From: Dimorphilus gyrociliatus
Taxonomy: Eukaryota > Animalia > Annelida
Direction: 5' to 3'
Length of the DNA stretch: 35,143 nucleotides
NCBI GenBank assembly: GCA_904063045.1
Contig: CAJFCJ010000082.1
Location: 56,056 to 91,198, forward strand
Of this stretch, positions 1 through 12,520 are shown piece after piece. Both the position numbers and the translations under genes were made by a program. Positions within the stretch are counted from its first letter, which is position 1; the number at the start of each line of letters is the position of its first letter. The notes under the pieces were generated by a model, which saw only the letters and a program-made list of their open reading frames with translations, made no database searches and had not been told where the DNA came from.

Positions 1-399
1 GTCTTCCAATGTTGAGGAGTAGATGGATGGGTTCCAGTGGAGGTTGTTTCCAGGTTATCTTCCCAGGTCTTTGGGTCCAGATGAAGTTGCACACACATAG
101 AATGCAAATAGTGAGGATTTATATACTTTGAGGTTTGCCTCTGATATCCAATCATCACTTTACAATTGCCCAAATGTGAAGTTCATATTTATCTTTAGTA
201 ACAGGATGTTACAAGGTTCTACATTTAGGAAGGTTAATTGAATTATAACTTGGCCAAATCTTAACTGGTAATTAAAGATGACCCTTCAAGCTGACTAATC
301 AAACCTCTGTTTCGCCAATGTTATAGCATTTTTTTGCATAGGTTTTAAGAGGTACATGTATAAGTTGCATAAAATAATACAGTTCAAGCATGTTAAATA

Positions 400-765
400 T
401 AACCAAAGTTGTACAATATCATTGCTCCAAAATTTTACAGATTAAAATTTCAACTTGCAAAAAAAGAAAAATTTGCAGATTTGTTGCTATATTTTGAAGT
501 TACTTGGATTATGAACTCCATATGGAAACCAGAAAGTTGGTCTATATATGGATTATCCAAAAGGACTAAAACAGTGTGGAAGGTTGGCACAATAGAATGA
601 ATAGTAAAGTACTATCTAATGGATCATCTTATTGGCTGCTTGATGAACTGAAGAGAAAAATTGATTTAGTTAATATCTATGGAAAGCTCATATCTGAGAA
701 GAAGATTATATAGTACCAAAAAAAAGAGTCTATTGAGATAGAAACAATAATATTTGAAATTTAAG
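400..765 (+). pseudogene. Degenerate MULE transposase, 3' exon remnant
   Basis: ORF 409-600 has WIMNSIWKPESWSIYGLSKRT. A frameshift then continues (N)SVEGWHNRMNSK...LLDELKRKIDLVNIYGKLISEKK, matching the RTNNxxExWH catalytic-Glu segment of the other MULE copies. In-frame stops follow. Boundaries approximate. Confidence 0.85.
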
Positions 766-872
766 GAAATTATAGACTTGGGGGGCTTTTGACTGATTGA
801 CTATTAGTTAAAACATCATATTTTTATTCTCTAACATTCTTTTATTTAAATATTTTAATTTCACTGTTTATA

Positions 873-1822
873 TTAGGTACGATCGAAAAATTTCAAGCTC
901 TGTGTTTTTTTTGCAAGAAATCTTTGTGAAATTTTATTAATTTTTTTTATGTTATAGCCTATAGTCTACTCTAAAAATATTAACAATCGTATTTTCTAAT
1001 ATTCCCCTCCTTTCTCTATGCAAGCCCACCATTTGCTTGGAAGTAGGTTGATACTGTTCTGATAACAGGAGGATGGCTTTCTCCTTCGATAATCTTTGAT
1101 AATTTTTTTCAATTCTCCTAAATTATCATGATGGACCCCTCTGACATGGTCCTTCAATCTCCCAAAAAGATAATAGTCAAAGGTGGCCAAATCAGGGCTG
1201 TATGGTGGGTTAGGGCATAATGACCCAATTTTGGTCTCCTTTAAAGTCTGTTGTTAACAGACTTGTATGTTGTCTTGCATTATTGTGCTGTAAAATTATT
1301 TGTTTTCCAGGTCTGATTCTATGTAATCTCTTTCTCAGCCTCTTTAGGGTCTCAATATATTGCATGGAGTAGAAAACTTCTCCATACTCGATAAATTCAA
1401 CATGAACTAAGCCTTAACGGTCCCAGAACTCTGCTCTTTTCTGTTACAGATGTCTTTGGACAACCACACCTTGGCAAGCCTTCATAAATTTTTCTTCCCT
1501 TTTTTATGTCAGATACCCACCTTCTTATAGAACATTCACTCAGAGTTTCATCTCCAAAAAAGCTCTTTAACCTATATAAATTTTCCTTGGAGAGACCTTC
1601 TCATGCACAAAAAATGCAATGATATTTCATTGAATGGAATGTGTGGACATGACATGTGGTTACTTACACGAAAATAAAATTGAAATGGCTTGACGGAATT
1701 GAATGAAAGTTTACACAGTGATAGTTTACTAATTCACTAAGATTATTGGAAAATATCAGTGGGATTAGTTAAGCTGTTTTAGAATTATAGCACAGAGCTT
1801 GAAATTTTTCGAATGTACCTAA
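873..1822 (-). mobile_element. Mariner (Tc1/mariner) element, internally deleted and degenerate, 950 bp
   Basis: ~30-bp TIRs: ttaggtacgatcgaaaaatttcaagctctgtg at 873 and cacagagcttgaaatttttcgaatgtacctaa ending at 1822. TA on both sides (871-872, 1823-1824). Minus strand encodes an N-terminal HTH, then ILQHNNARQHTS and PPYSPDLATFDYYLF. The WVPHEL/first-Asp region is missing; stops and frameshifts are present. Confidence 0.93.
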
Positions 1823-2404
1823 TATATTTTTATCTTTCAAAGTTATGTGTTAATCTATTATTATTTTCTTAGTGTTATATATACTTTTCTTTAGTATTCA
1901 TAAAACAGAGATCTAAAATTTCAAGGGTGCAGTTTCACCCATATTCCGCTTTATCTGAACTGAGAAGGAGAAAGAGTGCATTCTATAAGTTCAAATATAA
2001 CAATATAATGTCACTTCACCCCTGCCAAACTGTTCTTTCTGTTACCATAATTAACATTACATTGCTCTATTTAAACAGTGCAGTGACATTTTGGCCCATT
2101 TTAGGACATTTCAGCCCACTTTGTAACATTCTGAGTTAATTACTAATTATATATAATAAATAAGAAAAAATAAAGAAATATAAAATTAATAAAAAATATA
2201 ATAAGTAACATAATATCGTGATTTCAGATATGTAAAAGAATTATTATAAAATTCAAAATATTTTCAGAGTCATGGTTACCAGTTTTCCTTATTTCAAAAG
2301 TATATTTTACATTGTTTTACAATTTCCTTTTCATGTTTTGACAAAAAGTAGAAGGTATATTTCTTTTCTTCATTCTTCATAGAAGCTTTGTTAGAAACCA
2401 CAAT

Positions 2405-3040
2405 GTGAATTTGAAAAACTGTTGGAAGTGTGGATTAAGATTTCATTGGACACAAAGAAAATTCAGATTAAAGTTGTTCAGATATTTTTATCATTCAAAA
2501 TGTTCCAAATGTAAGTAAACTCTCTAACTTTCTCAGGTATAATGCTTTATCAGTTATATATTAAGATGCAGATTATTGTCCTGATTGTCATGATGTCAGC
2601 AAACAAAAATTATTTATTAAATTAAAGAAAATAGATAATTATCATCAGAGGAAAATTCATCAAGAATATGATGAAACCCTGATATTAATATGAAACCATC
2701 AATAGATAATGCAAGTGAAAGGAATACAAATCAGGTAATTTCGATTCTTAAAAAACATTATTATCTCACCCTAATTTTTAAGAGTTAAGACTTTCCTTTG
2801 ACTTTAATTCACCTGAATCACGAAACAATGAAAAAGAGTCGAACTTTCCTGAAGATGGACAAGGTATGGCCAAGAGAGTTGATATAAGTGATGAAACTTC
2901 ATTTGAGATGGATAAGCAGCATAACATCATGGAAACAGAAAGAGATGATTTCAAAATTGTTGTAGGTGGAAGTACCAAAAATAAAGACTTACTTCTAAAC
3001 AAAAATTGTTCATACTCTGTAAAAAGGAAAACAGAAAGTT
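2405..3040 (+). pseudogene. Degenerate MULE transposase 5' half (PHD-like exon, exon 2, start of FLYWCH)
   Basis: NLKNCWKCGLRFHWTQRKFR...FYHSKCS, then DADYCPDC, LRLSFDF and FKIVVGGSTKNKDLLLNKNCSYSVKRKTES. This is colinear with exons 1-3 of the intact element at 25851. Truncated inside FLYWCH. Confidence 0.85.
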
Positions 3041-4181
3041 TACATTTGCATTACTTCTTCCACAACCTTGATTGAACCATAAAATAAGTGACACATTCAG
3101 AAATTTGTATTTGAATTGTTTGATAAAGTTTCAAATGGAGGATAAAAAATGTTGAAAATATTAATAGAAAAATTATGTATAAAATCTGTGTTGAAAAAGA
3201 ACAAAAACAAAACATTTAAACTTACATTTATTAGTAAAAAAAAGTACAAATTTTCCATACCACAGTCGGGAAAGATCATTTGGGTAACAGCAGGAAAAAT
3301 TACTTTGGCTGTAAAGTTAGGGATTAGCATGAATCAACAGGTTTGGAATTGAAGCAGTATTATGGTAAATTCGCAAAACTGTTATTTTCTTAAGATTATA
3401 TATTACTAATAATGTCCTCTCTATTCATTAGAGATAAATGAAGAAGAAACAACCTCTGCAGATGAAGAGAATCTGTATGGGTTGTCTCTTTGGGAGGTTG
3501 TTTTCTGGAACACCCACAAAAAATTCTTCACGACTTTCTGACTCCTCCTCATCCTCCTAATCAACATAATTAGTTTTGTTTTTATCCATTTTTGCTATTC
3601 AAAATTCCTAATTCCTGTTCATTCTTGTTTCTTCAATGAAGAAAATCTATTTTTAATACTGGAAATGCTACTGTTCAATTTAAAAGTAATTTCAGCAGAT
3701 GTACATGAGAGTATTGTTATGGTTTTATAACAATACATTATAAAAACAGTAGTTATACATAGGCTACAATAAAACCTCTGATAAATTTCAATCCCATTAT
3801 CTATGCTCTTCTATGGGTTTTGATTCCCTGTTTAGTATTGGATTTAATGCTAAATTTCTAATGCCATTCTCTTTTCAATTATCAATATCTTGTTACAAAG
3901 ATAGACAAAAATGTGAATATTCTGATGATAATTTTTTAATTTGACAATTTTCTGCCTGAAGACAGATAATATATGTAAGTGAAACTGATTGTTACTGTAT
4001 CATTTTCTTTCCTCCTCTGCTTCTCCCTCTCTCTCTGTTTTCCAGACCTATTCAGTCAACAATTGAATTTGGAATTGTCTATTCAAGATTTAATCAAACT
4101 ACATATACTTTTTGTGTTGAAGATGAACAACTATTAAAGAAAATCTGCCAAAGAGTTTATTGGATAAATTACAGAAATAAA

Positions 4182-5219
4182 ATGGAAGAGAAGTTGAAAA
4201 TTAGCGATAAAATTATTTTTCTATTAAAAAATGAAAGTTCTGAATTAAGGAAATTTGAAAATTGGATGAAGTGTAATCATAATTATTTGAATTACAGATA
4301 CAATGATTATCATATCATTCCATCATCCTATTTCTATTTTGTAAATACTTCAGAAACGGAAAGATATAGATCGTTATCTATGAGATTTGGAGATTTTCTT
4401 ATTCCTACTACAGCACCAAAAGTTTTAAGGAGTAAATTCTTAACAAAAAGGTATTGCTTTCTAACGTCGTTATGTCATTTATATGAAAAAACGGCGTCTA
4501 CCATCAGCCTGTATAGGATAAGTGTTTGTAGACATTTCGGTAAACTAGCTGATTCATTTCAAACCTATAACAACGAAATAGAAAAGATGGAGACAGAGTG
4601 ATACTTTAAATTAAAACAACTCATTAAACTTCCATTTCAATTTTCACTCGATTGTCAAATGATGAATGCAACAAATTTAAAACAGTGCAGAAAGGTTGCA
4701 ATGCAGACAAATGGAAAGATATTGCAAGTTACATGCTGTGAGAAAGTTGAATCCGATATGTCGGTGAATATGTTTCTGTCAAATAGTAGCCAAATTACAG
4801 GAATATTACAAGTTTATTCAAAACAATTTTTTTATTTAGTTTCCTTTGTGAATTTCACCAAATTGGAAGCAAATGTTTTTTGCCATCATTTCAATTATTC
4901 AAATGGTGAAATTACTAAATATTTTCTTCTCTATGATAAAATTCAAAGGGTTCTTTTTCAAATACAATGCTCATACAACACTAAAACATTGGAAGATTGC
5001 CAAATTGTTAATTATCGGAGTCAATACCTATTAAATTCATATTTTTTATCAGTGATGCTTTCCTGTTCAAAAGAAGAGAGGACAGGTTTAATAGAACAAA
5101 TATTGAAATTGTTTACAATTCAGCAATTCAGTAAAAGCTGTTTCCCTTCTCCAATATTGTTATTACCTATTTCCGGAACAATGACTCATCACTCACAAAA
5201 AATGGAGAAGATTTTGTAA
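4182..5219 (+). pseudogene. C-type-lectin-like + SRCR-like domain frame interrupted by one TGA
   Basis: ORFs 4182-4601 and 4659-5219 are in the same frame, separated only by TGA 4599-4601. SRCR-like pattern: GILQV...FTKLEANVFCHHFNYSNG...IQCSYNTKTLEDC...VMLSC. The upstream VCRHFGKLAD...NEIE segment is weakly CTLD-like. Confidence 0.5.
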
Positions 5220-5254
5220 AGAAAAGAATTTACAAGCGTTTTCTCCAACTTCTT

Positions 5255-5485
5255 TTCAAGGGCTCTTGTATCATATAAGGCAATGACTTCTCTTCCATTG
5301 CAGTTCTTTACTTGAAATTGAAAATCTTCTCTCCCTTTTACTTGAGAGGTACACTTGAAATGTGCAATTTTGTCCTCTTTAAAAATTGTCATTGTTCCTT
5401 CAGAAGTTTCTCTTTCATTGGGTTCCTCAGGTTCAGTATGTATTAGTATGTTAAAGGTGACTCTTTCCATTGCTGTGTTTTCCAT
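5255..5485 (-). pseudogene. Possible LTR-retrotransposon gag/protease remnant
   Basis: FQVKNCNGREVIALYDTRA resembles the retropepsin motif v.vnG..v.aLiDTGA, with G changed to R. No LTRs or RT found. Confidence 0.3.
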
Positions 5486-5890
5486 TCTTTGATGTGATTA
5501 AAATCTATTTTGGGTAAAATTTATGTTTGGATTAATTGGGTTGTTGTCAAATCTTCTTTTAAATTGTTTGAATTCTTTTTCATCTTCTTTCCTTGCATTA
5601 TTGAATGAAAGAAAACATCCATAAACTGAAGGAAAATGTCCATGAACCTATTTATGTAAGGGTTTATTAAAAAACCTTTTTTTTTCTTTATTATATAGTT
5701 TGGTTTGTGACATATTTGCATATATTTTTATGATTTGAAAAAGTAAAAATATTTCATCAATGTGAATTATTATTTAAAAAACTAAAATGTTGTTGAAAAA
5801 TTTCAGCTATTATGAATATTTGGAAAGGATATTGATTGATGTCTGACAATTATTTTTAATAATCAAGTGAATTTGTTCTGATTTCACAGC

Positions 5891-6480
5891 ATGGCTTTAA
5901 AATATAGTAATTGTGAATCAAAAATTTATGGAAGGCAAACATATTTGAAATGCTGACTTTGTGAGAATCTTATCCATAAAAAATGTTCAGGTATATTAGT
6001 TTTTAATTATGTTTTAGATAACTATATTTTGTTAACATATTGACACAGAAACACCTAGTATACCAGTTTGCACAACATGTAACAAATGAAAATGTACTAT
6101 TAGCCTTAAGATGTTAACTAATATGGAATTTGACCAATACCAAAAGAATAATAAGAATAACTTAAATGATGACAGAAGGATCACTCCTGCTGAATTTAAG
6201 GATTCAACTCTGGAACATGAAAATCCTGTACATTTAGTTAGCCAATCAATAGATCTAGACTGTTTGGAAGAAGTTGAGGGAAATGCAGAAGATGATAGTG
6301 ATTTAATCAGAAAGAATGATTTTGAGATTGTAAAAGGAGGGAGCAGAAAGGGACATGACATTCTTCTAAATGATGGATACTCTTTTGTTGTTAAACATAA
6401 AACATTTGCAAATTTGGGTGTGCAGTGTGAGAAATAAGAAGAAAAGATGTGTAGCTAGAATAAGACAAATGGTAATACAA
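5891..6480 (+). pseudogene. Degenerate MULE transposase 5' half (PHD-like finger + FLYWCH)
   Basis: MALK(Y)SNCESKIYGRQTYLKC*LCENLIHKKCS, GT donor at 5991, then PVCTTC. Later FEIVKGGSRKGHDILLNDGYSFVVK and, after a frameshift, WVCSVRNKKKRC. Confidence 0.85.
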
Positions 6481-6541
6481 AACTATTTTTGATTTTGTCA
6501 TTTATTAAATTTTTGTCAAAAACAATAGTGCCAGAAAAATG

Positions 6542-7640
6542 TCAAAAAAAGTAAAAAATAAACCTTTCAGAAACAAATCTGTTTTTTATCCATTTAAACA
6601 TCTTCTGCAGCTCATTAAATGAATAAATATAAGGATTTAGAATTGAATTGATTGGAATTAGTAATGTAATGACTAGTGTATAGTTTTTACTATTATTACT
6701 AAGCTGTATAATTTGAGAAAGGATTGCTGAAGGAGTTAATGCATGGTTAACAACAAGGCAATAAAATTGATATTGATACCTAAAAATGATACTGGCATCC
6801 AACATAGTAAATTAGAGAATGAGAGTATATAAATATTTATTGAAATTCTTTTACGTGTATGACAGATAGATTTGCCTGTCATTTTTTTTTGATTGGTATA
6901 TTGATAAAAATATAAGCATGTATTGTGTAAATATTGCAGAACTTAATAAAAACATCATCAACCCAAAGACAATAAAAGAATAGATCCAACATCAGTCTTA
7001 TCATATCCAATATAAATGTTTACACAAATTGGTAATTTAGCATAAAACTTCTTTATTTAAAAGGAAAAGAATAAACTTTAAAGAAAATTTAATTGCTAAA
7101 ATGCTCTACTAACTTTAAATCTTAACATGGGTATTGTTGCCAAAATTATGGATATTAAGAGTGCTAAAGTGCCCAATTTTTTTTGGTGTTCTTCAAATAT
7201 ATTTAATTTTAATGGAGCTGTTACAACTTCATATCTTCCCCTTGTCAATAACACGACATTCAAAATTGAAAATATTATTGAAAATGACATTATGAAACCA
7301 AGAATTTGGCATGATATACTATTCCTCCAGTTTTCTTCATTCTCTATATATTCATTTCCGGAATAGTACAGATCTGCAATACAAACTGACAAAACATATA
7401 AAGAGATTACCAAGTCACTAATGGCAACTTTTAGCCTATAAATTTTGGATGTTTGGTGTGATTTTAAGATTAGTATTAGGACAACAATAACATTTCCTAC
7501 AATGCCAGTAAGGCAAATGATCCAACAGAATATCTTAAGGAATTAAAATGGAAAGAGGTTATCACATGTTAGGAAAATTGGCAAATGAGGTTTGCAATAG
7601 ATGGCTGATCCAAACTTGAAAGCTAAACAACAAATTTGAT
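6542..7640 (-). pseudogene. 7TM region and hinge of an LGR/GRL101-like rhodopsin-class GPCR (disrupted)
   Basis: Hinge QICCLA...YCKPHLPIFLTCDNLFPF*FLKIFCWII; TM1-2 VGNVIVV...VAISDLVISLY; WRNSISCQILGF...RYEVV; ECL2 FYAKLPICV; TM7 LIPINSILNPYIYS. In-frame TAA at 7543-7545. Confidence 0.88.
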
Positions 7641-7645
7641 ATTGC

Positions 7646-8218
7646 TCACTTATCACCAACTTTAAACTCTAACATTTTGAAGGAACTGGTTAAATATTTT
7701 AGAGGAATTTTTGTCATATTTAAATAAAATTTCTCTAATGATATCAAATGAATCAAAGTTCCTTGATAAATAGATTGTGTATCATTTTTAACAAGGTTTA
7801 AAATTAACAATTTTTGCAATAATAAAAAGTCATTTTTCTCAATTTTTTGAATCTTCAAAAAAGAAACATCCAAGTAAAGTAAATTTGTGCAATTATACTA
7901 ATGTTAAAATTCCAAAGATTTAAAATTATTTCTTGACAAGTTTAAATGCTGCAGAAGTTTTAAATTTTGATTTGAAATAAAGCTTAAATTATTTAGTGTA
8001 TTTTCTGTCAATTGTACATTGACAACATTATTAATATTCTTAATTTTCCATTTAAAAATAAAGGAATTTCTCTGGACAATTAAAGATGTTAACTTTTTAG
8101 ATTGAAATAAATTTGGATATAGAGCATCTCCTCTTATTGACAAACTCTTCACTTCATTGGACATATTATGCAACATGAATGGTGGTTGTAAGGCTGGTGT
8201 ATCAATGTCACATTCCAT
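7646..8218 (-). pseudogene. Leucine-rich repeat region of the same receptor (frameshifted)
   Basis: LKLLQHLNLSRNNFKSLEF, LLLQKLLILNLVKN and LISLEKFYLN are LRR-like. The two LRR ORFs and the hinge lie in different frames. Confidence 0.8.
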
Positions 8219-8229
8219 GTGATAATTGA

Positions 8230-9103
8230 AATGCAGAAACCCTCAAGAAATCAACTATAAAATTGTGGATAACATTGGCAACCTTTGCCAATAGGTCTTT
8301 CAATTAAATTACCATGATTATCAAAATTTATATAGCATTACAAAATGTCGACATAATTATTCACACACCAGTCATCCAGAGGATTATATGAACAGACAGA
8401 TTCATCAATTCCATCAAGACAATTAGCTATTCCATTGCACTTTATTGATTTTGAGTAACATGAATTATCACATAGAATTTGATATTTATGATTACACTCT
8501 ATTTTACAAGTTTTCCCAAAATAGAAAGAAAATAAAAGGGATCAAAGCAAATAACCTTTTGTCATTTGTGTATCAATGGCAAGTGCATTATTGCATATTT
8601 CATCACTTTTATCAAAACAATGGTACATACTATCATACACTTTCTCTTTTTCAATACATTGCTTATTTCTTCATTGAGCACTGCAAAATTTGAAAAATTT
8701 ACAAAATGAATTAATTGATCAGAATTAGATGTATATTTTATTAGCTTGTATCTTATAATTAATATTTGATTTCTTATCTACTAAATAGAAAAATAGATTC
8801 CTTGTTAGACTGTTGCACTCTTTTTCAGCTGAAATTAAAAATTAATTATGAATTGTGACATTCGCCATCTTTCTTTATTATAAATTTACCGCAAAACTGC
8901 TCATCAGACCCATCCGAGCAATCAGGTATAAAATCGCAAACAAGGGAAGGACTGATTTCCTCTTTTCCTTTAAAACAGGTAAACATTTTCTTTTGGTTGA
9001 ACAATGAACAATCAGTTTCATCCTCATTAGTTAGGCAATCATTGATACCATCACAAACATAAATAATTTGAATATATATTTTACTTTTTGAGCAGAAAAA
9101 CAA
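8230..9103 (-). pseudogene. LDL-receptor class A repeats of the same receptor
   Basis: VCDGINDCLTNEDETDC; VCDFIPDCSDGSDEQFC; KCNGIANCLDGIDESVC; and a decayed repeat QCIEKEKVYDSMYHCFDKSDEKY with Cys-to-Tyr changes and stops nearby. Confidence 0.88.
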
Positions 9104-9271
9104 TGTAGATTGACATGAAAAATCAGAGTTGTTTAGTTTGATATTTGTAGATTACTTAGATAATTACTACTTGTCAAAATAACATTTTTTCCATTTTTCA
9201 CAACATTTTTTGTTTCTGAAGAAAATCATTTTATTAATTTTTGTCTGCCTAAGAACTTGTTATTTTGAGCT

Positions 9272-9515
9272 CTATTGTTTATTACTAGATAGGATATACG
9301 CAGGGTTTGATTTTGGTTTAGCATGGAAATTCTTGAAATGAATGTGTACACTAAAAATATATAATCTATTCTTTGATGGAATATCAGTTATTGTAAGATT
9401 CTTTTTTTGGCAAATTTCTGCAATATCTTCAACTGTTTTCTTTGTTTTAAATGATAAACTAAAATAGCAAATATTCTCAAAATGAAAAGTTGTTCCTCTG
9501 GGGCAAGAAACCTCT
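9272..9515 (-). CDS. C-type-lectin-like domain exon, probably part of the LGR (pseudo)gene
   Basis: SCPRGTTFHFENICYFSLS...VEDIAEICQKKNL fits the CTLD N-terminal pattern Cp.g...f...CY......A...C. Same strand, directly upstream of the LDLa exons. Confidence 0.55.
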
Positions 9516-9559
9516 GGAAATAAGCAAAAAACCATGAAATGTCCTTCATAGAAAAAATG

Positions 9560-9745
9560 GGATGCTATCGAAAATGTCCACAAATATTGGCTTTTACCCT
9601 AACCCTAACCCTAACCCTGCCCTTGGGTTTGCCTAACCATTTGCAATAGCCCAAACCCTTAGATGGTATCCTCATAAGTACAAATCAATGGTTATCTTTT
9701 TCCTCCTAAACATTTTTCAACCACTATTTTAATGAATTATGTCCA
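9560..9745 (+). mobile_element. MITE copy A (MULE-type terminus, TAACCC repeats), degenerate
   Basis: Begins ggatgctatcgaaaatgtcca (compare the MULE end ggatgcgacagaaaacgtcca at 14501). Contains three TAACCC units and the ttagatgg...aagtacaaat core shared with the other copies. Right boundary approximate. Confidence 0.7.
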
Positions 9746-9763
9746 GTTCTTCCAGAGGTGACC

Positions 9764-9952
9764 TATCTATGTGATTGACGATAGTATGTTTTACAATCAT
9801 TTATTTTTGATTGAGTACTATTACAATCTATATTTCTCAAGAAAATCTTTGCAGAATTTTCTTGATTCTTCCAGAAAGGGGAACTCTCTGATTGAATGGC
9901 ATGTTTGCCTGAAATGTAGCCAAAATGTTTACAAATTACTTGAATTTCCTTA
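9764..9952 (-). CDS. SRCR-like domain exon (absent from the ORF track)
   Basis: Hand translation: KEIQVICKHFGYISGKHAIQ...KIFLRNIDCNSTQSKINDCKTY, fitting the SRCR pattern A.VvC+.lGY..g...i.l..v.C.....l.dC. Confidence 0.65.
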
Positions 9953-10466
9953 TATCTTAAAAATAAAAAATTATAGTGTCAATTTTCAATTTTTAAATGA
10001 ATATATCATGTGGTAGAAAGAATTTTGCCATTTTTGTAAACTGTTCCAGGCTTTGTTCTTGTGAATAGATATTGTTGTTTGTCTAATGAGAAAAGTTATG
10101 TGAAAATATATTAATATGAAACATCTGACTTATACTTTTGTAGTTTGAACTTTGGCAGTTGATTGATGATTTTTACATAAATCTCTTTTTCCAACAGTTG
10201 TAGATTGTATTCTAAGTATTTTATTTGGCTGTTTTAAGAACAATTCAAATAGATTAGAGTTTATTTTTCTTGCAAATATAACTGAAGAATGTTAATTAAT
10301 TAATTTAATTAATTGGTAGAACTTTTTAAAATAAAAAACTTTTTACATGTTGAATTTATTTTAAAAACATTTCAAAATTAATTTCTCAAAAAGTTCAATA
10401 CTTTCAGAATTACTAAGAAAATATAATTTTCTCATGAAGAAATGGACATAGTTTGTATTAAAATAC

Positions 10467-12520
10467 CTACAAAGTACAACAAGGGTTCAATTCCTTGATT
10501 GAAACTGATTTTGCAGTTGTGCTATCCAAGAAATATTGAATATGACTAAACTTCTCACTATACCCATAGTTTTTGCATAACTTAGGAGTATTTGTTTGAA
10601 ACCACTTAAAATTTGTTTGATTTATTTGAACTAGGTTAATCCTGCTTATCTCTATGAGTGCTATTTGCATAGTACAATACTGGTTCAAAACTACTTATCT
10701 ATGGTAGAGTATAGTTGACGAATGTATGTGTACAGCTTGATATTGTTTTGAAAATAAATTGATGATTTTAATGATAATGAGAAATTAAGTCTTTGCTATA
10801 ATTTTAAAGATTTCAGTTTAGATTTTTTAAAGATACTTACTGTTTTCTGCTTTTTCGGTGCAGAATAAATCAATTTCTGTGATATTGTCATTGTTTCTAC
10901 CAATAATTTCTATTTGAATAATAGAATTAGTAAAATTAGAATTAACACAAAATGTTCCAGTATCTTCATTAAAGATTTTTTTAACTTCAATAAGATGCTT
11001 GACATTTTTTGAAGTAGTAAGAGTAAAATTATATTCAGTTATTGGATCTAATGACCTCATTTCTAACGTAAAAAAATAATCAGTATATTAATAAGCCTAT
11101 TGAACACATTGAATTTTTCCATCTTACTTGTTAAACAAATTTTTTTAATGATACTTTCATTAATTTTAACAACAATTTTCTTTTCACTAAAATATTTAAC
11201 AACATTTTCCGATTCATTCCTAAAGTAGATATTATCAGTTAAGACTGTTTTCATGTCTTTTGAATTATACATAATGCTTTCTATTATTTCACTTTTATCT
11301 AAAAAATTGTTTGAAACTAAATCTGAAAAAAGAATGAATGACTTTTTAATTTTTTTTACTTGAATAATCCATTGAAGAATTTGTCAAATTTCCATAGATA
11401 TATGTGTTAATGATTTTTAGTGGAAATCCATTACAAGGATTACAAGAAAGGATTAAATATTTTCCAAACATTGAATCATTTTCTTTTAAGAATTCAAGTG
11501 AATGATATGAATTATCCTGACCCTCTTCACCTTCAAATTGCAATTTTATTGAAGGTAAACTATCATTTGTTGTCAATGTTTGAGGATAATTGTCAATTGA
11601 CAAAAAAAGATTTGTTTGAAGATTACCTTAGTAATGTCAGAAAAAAATGGGAAAAGTGTAATTGTTGAAAAAAAAAAGAGAAATGAAATTACAAACTGCT
11701 TTGAATCATAAAAGTCACACTTTCTATTTTGATTGTTTTTCCAAAGTAAAATTTGATAAAATTAACAATAGTTATTTTATCAATAAATGTATTAAAATCA
11801 TAATCACTAAGAATATTAACATCTTGAGAACAATGAAACTCTTTCAAGTTCAGAATATCGAAATCTGTAATAGAAAATTAGATAAAAATATTTCTTCTAA
11901 CTCTAAAAACAATGATATTGCTGACAGTTTATCAAATGGGAATACTTTGCCTATCAACTGAAACATTCTTACCTCTATTCTTAACAAATGTCCCATAAAC
12001 TTGTACATCGCATAGTACCAATAAAGTTCCCATATTCTGTTTTCTTATTTCTAAAAATGAACCCCTGGAATTTGGATTACAAATTAAACATTCATGATCC
12101 GTTAAATTAGACGCCATTTTTATTGGATTTGACCCTTGACTTGCGCATAAAGTTCCACTGTCAGAGTTAGGATGATCTTTTAGTATAATATCAAATGTAT
12201 TTAGACTAAATGCTGAAATATTTAAATAGTATAAAAAAACTTGATTAAAAACCAAAAAAATTCAAATTACCATAGTCTGAAGAGATACTATTTAATATGC
12301 AAACCCTATTTATGGTGTAAATTTTACTTAAATCAATGATTACTGAGCTGTATCTAGAACTTTTCAAAAGATAAGGACATCTGTTGGCATTAATGTTATC
12401 ATCAACTATTGATTTTGCTGGTAGATATGTTATTCCTGAAGATTCCAAAATCATTGCATTTCTTGCTAGATTACCAGTTCCTTCAAAATCATTTTTATTT
12501 GTTAAAGCTTAATAGAATTT
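10467..12520 (-). CDS. Tandem F-type lectin (fucolectin/discoidin-like) domain exons; possibly the N-terminus of the LGR (pseudo)gene
   Basis: GNLARNA...AKSIVDDN...VIIDLSKIYTINRVCILN, then TLCAS...CNPNSRGSFLEIRKQ...LVLCDVQVYG, followed by more diverged repeats (MFGKYLIL...LKIINTYIYG). Multi-exon; full model not resolved. Confidence 0.65.

Noticed and set aside
1-180. Minus-strand open frame (LGNCKVMIGYQRQT...DPKTWEDNL...THPST) faintly like a retroelement integrase C-terminus
   Set aside because: Only a vague motif resemblance, no DDE residues identifiable, and cut by the window edge.
3070-4100. Short ORFs and an acidic/charged minus-strand stretch that might be LINE ORF1 or host exon debris
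   Set aside because: Multiple stops and no recognisable domain.
9598-9618. TAACCC run as a true or fused telomere
   Set aside because: Only three units, embedded in a dispersed MITE family that recurs three more times.
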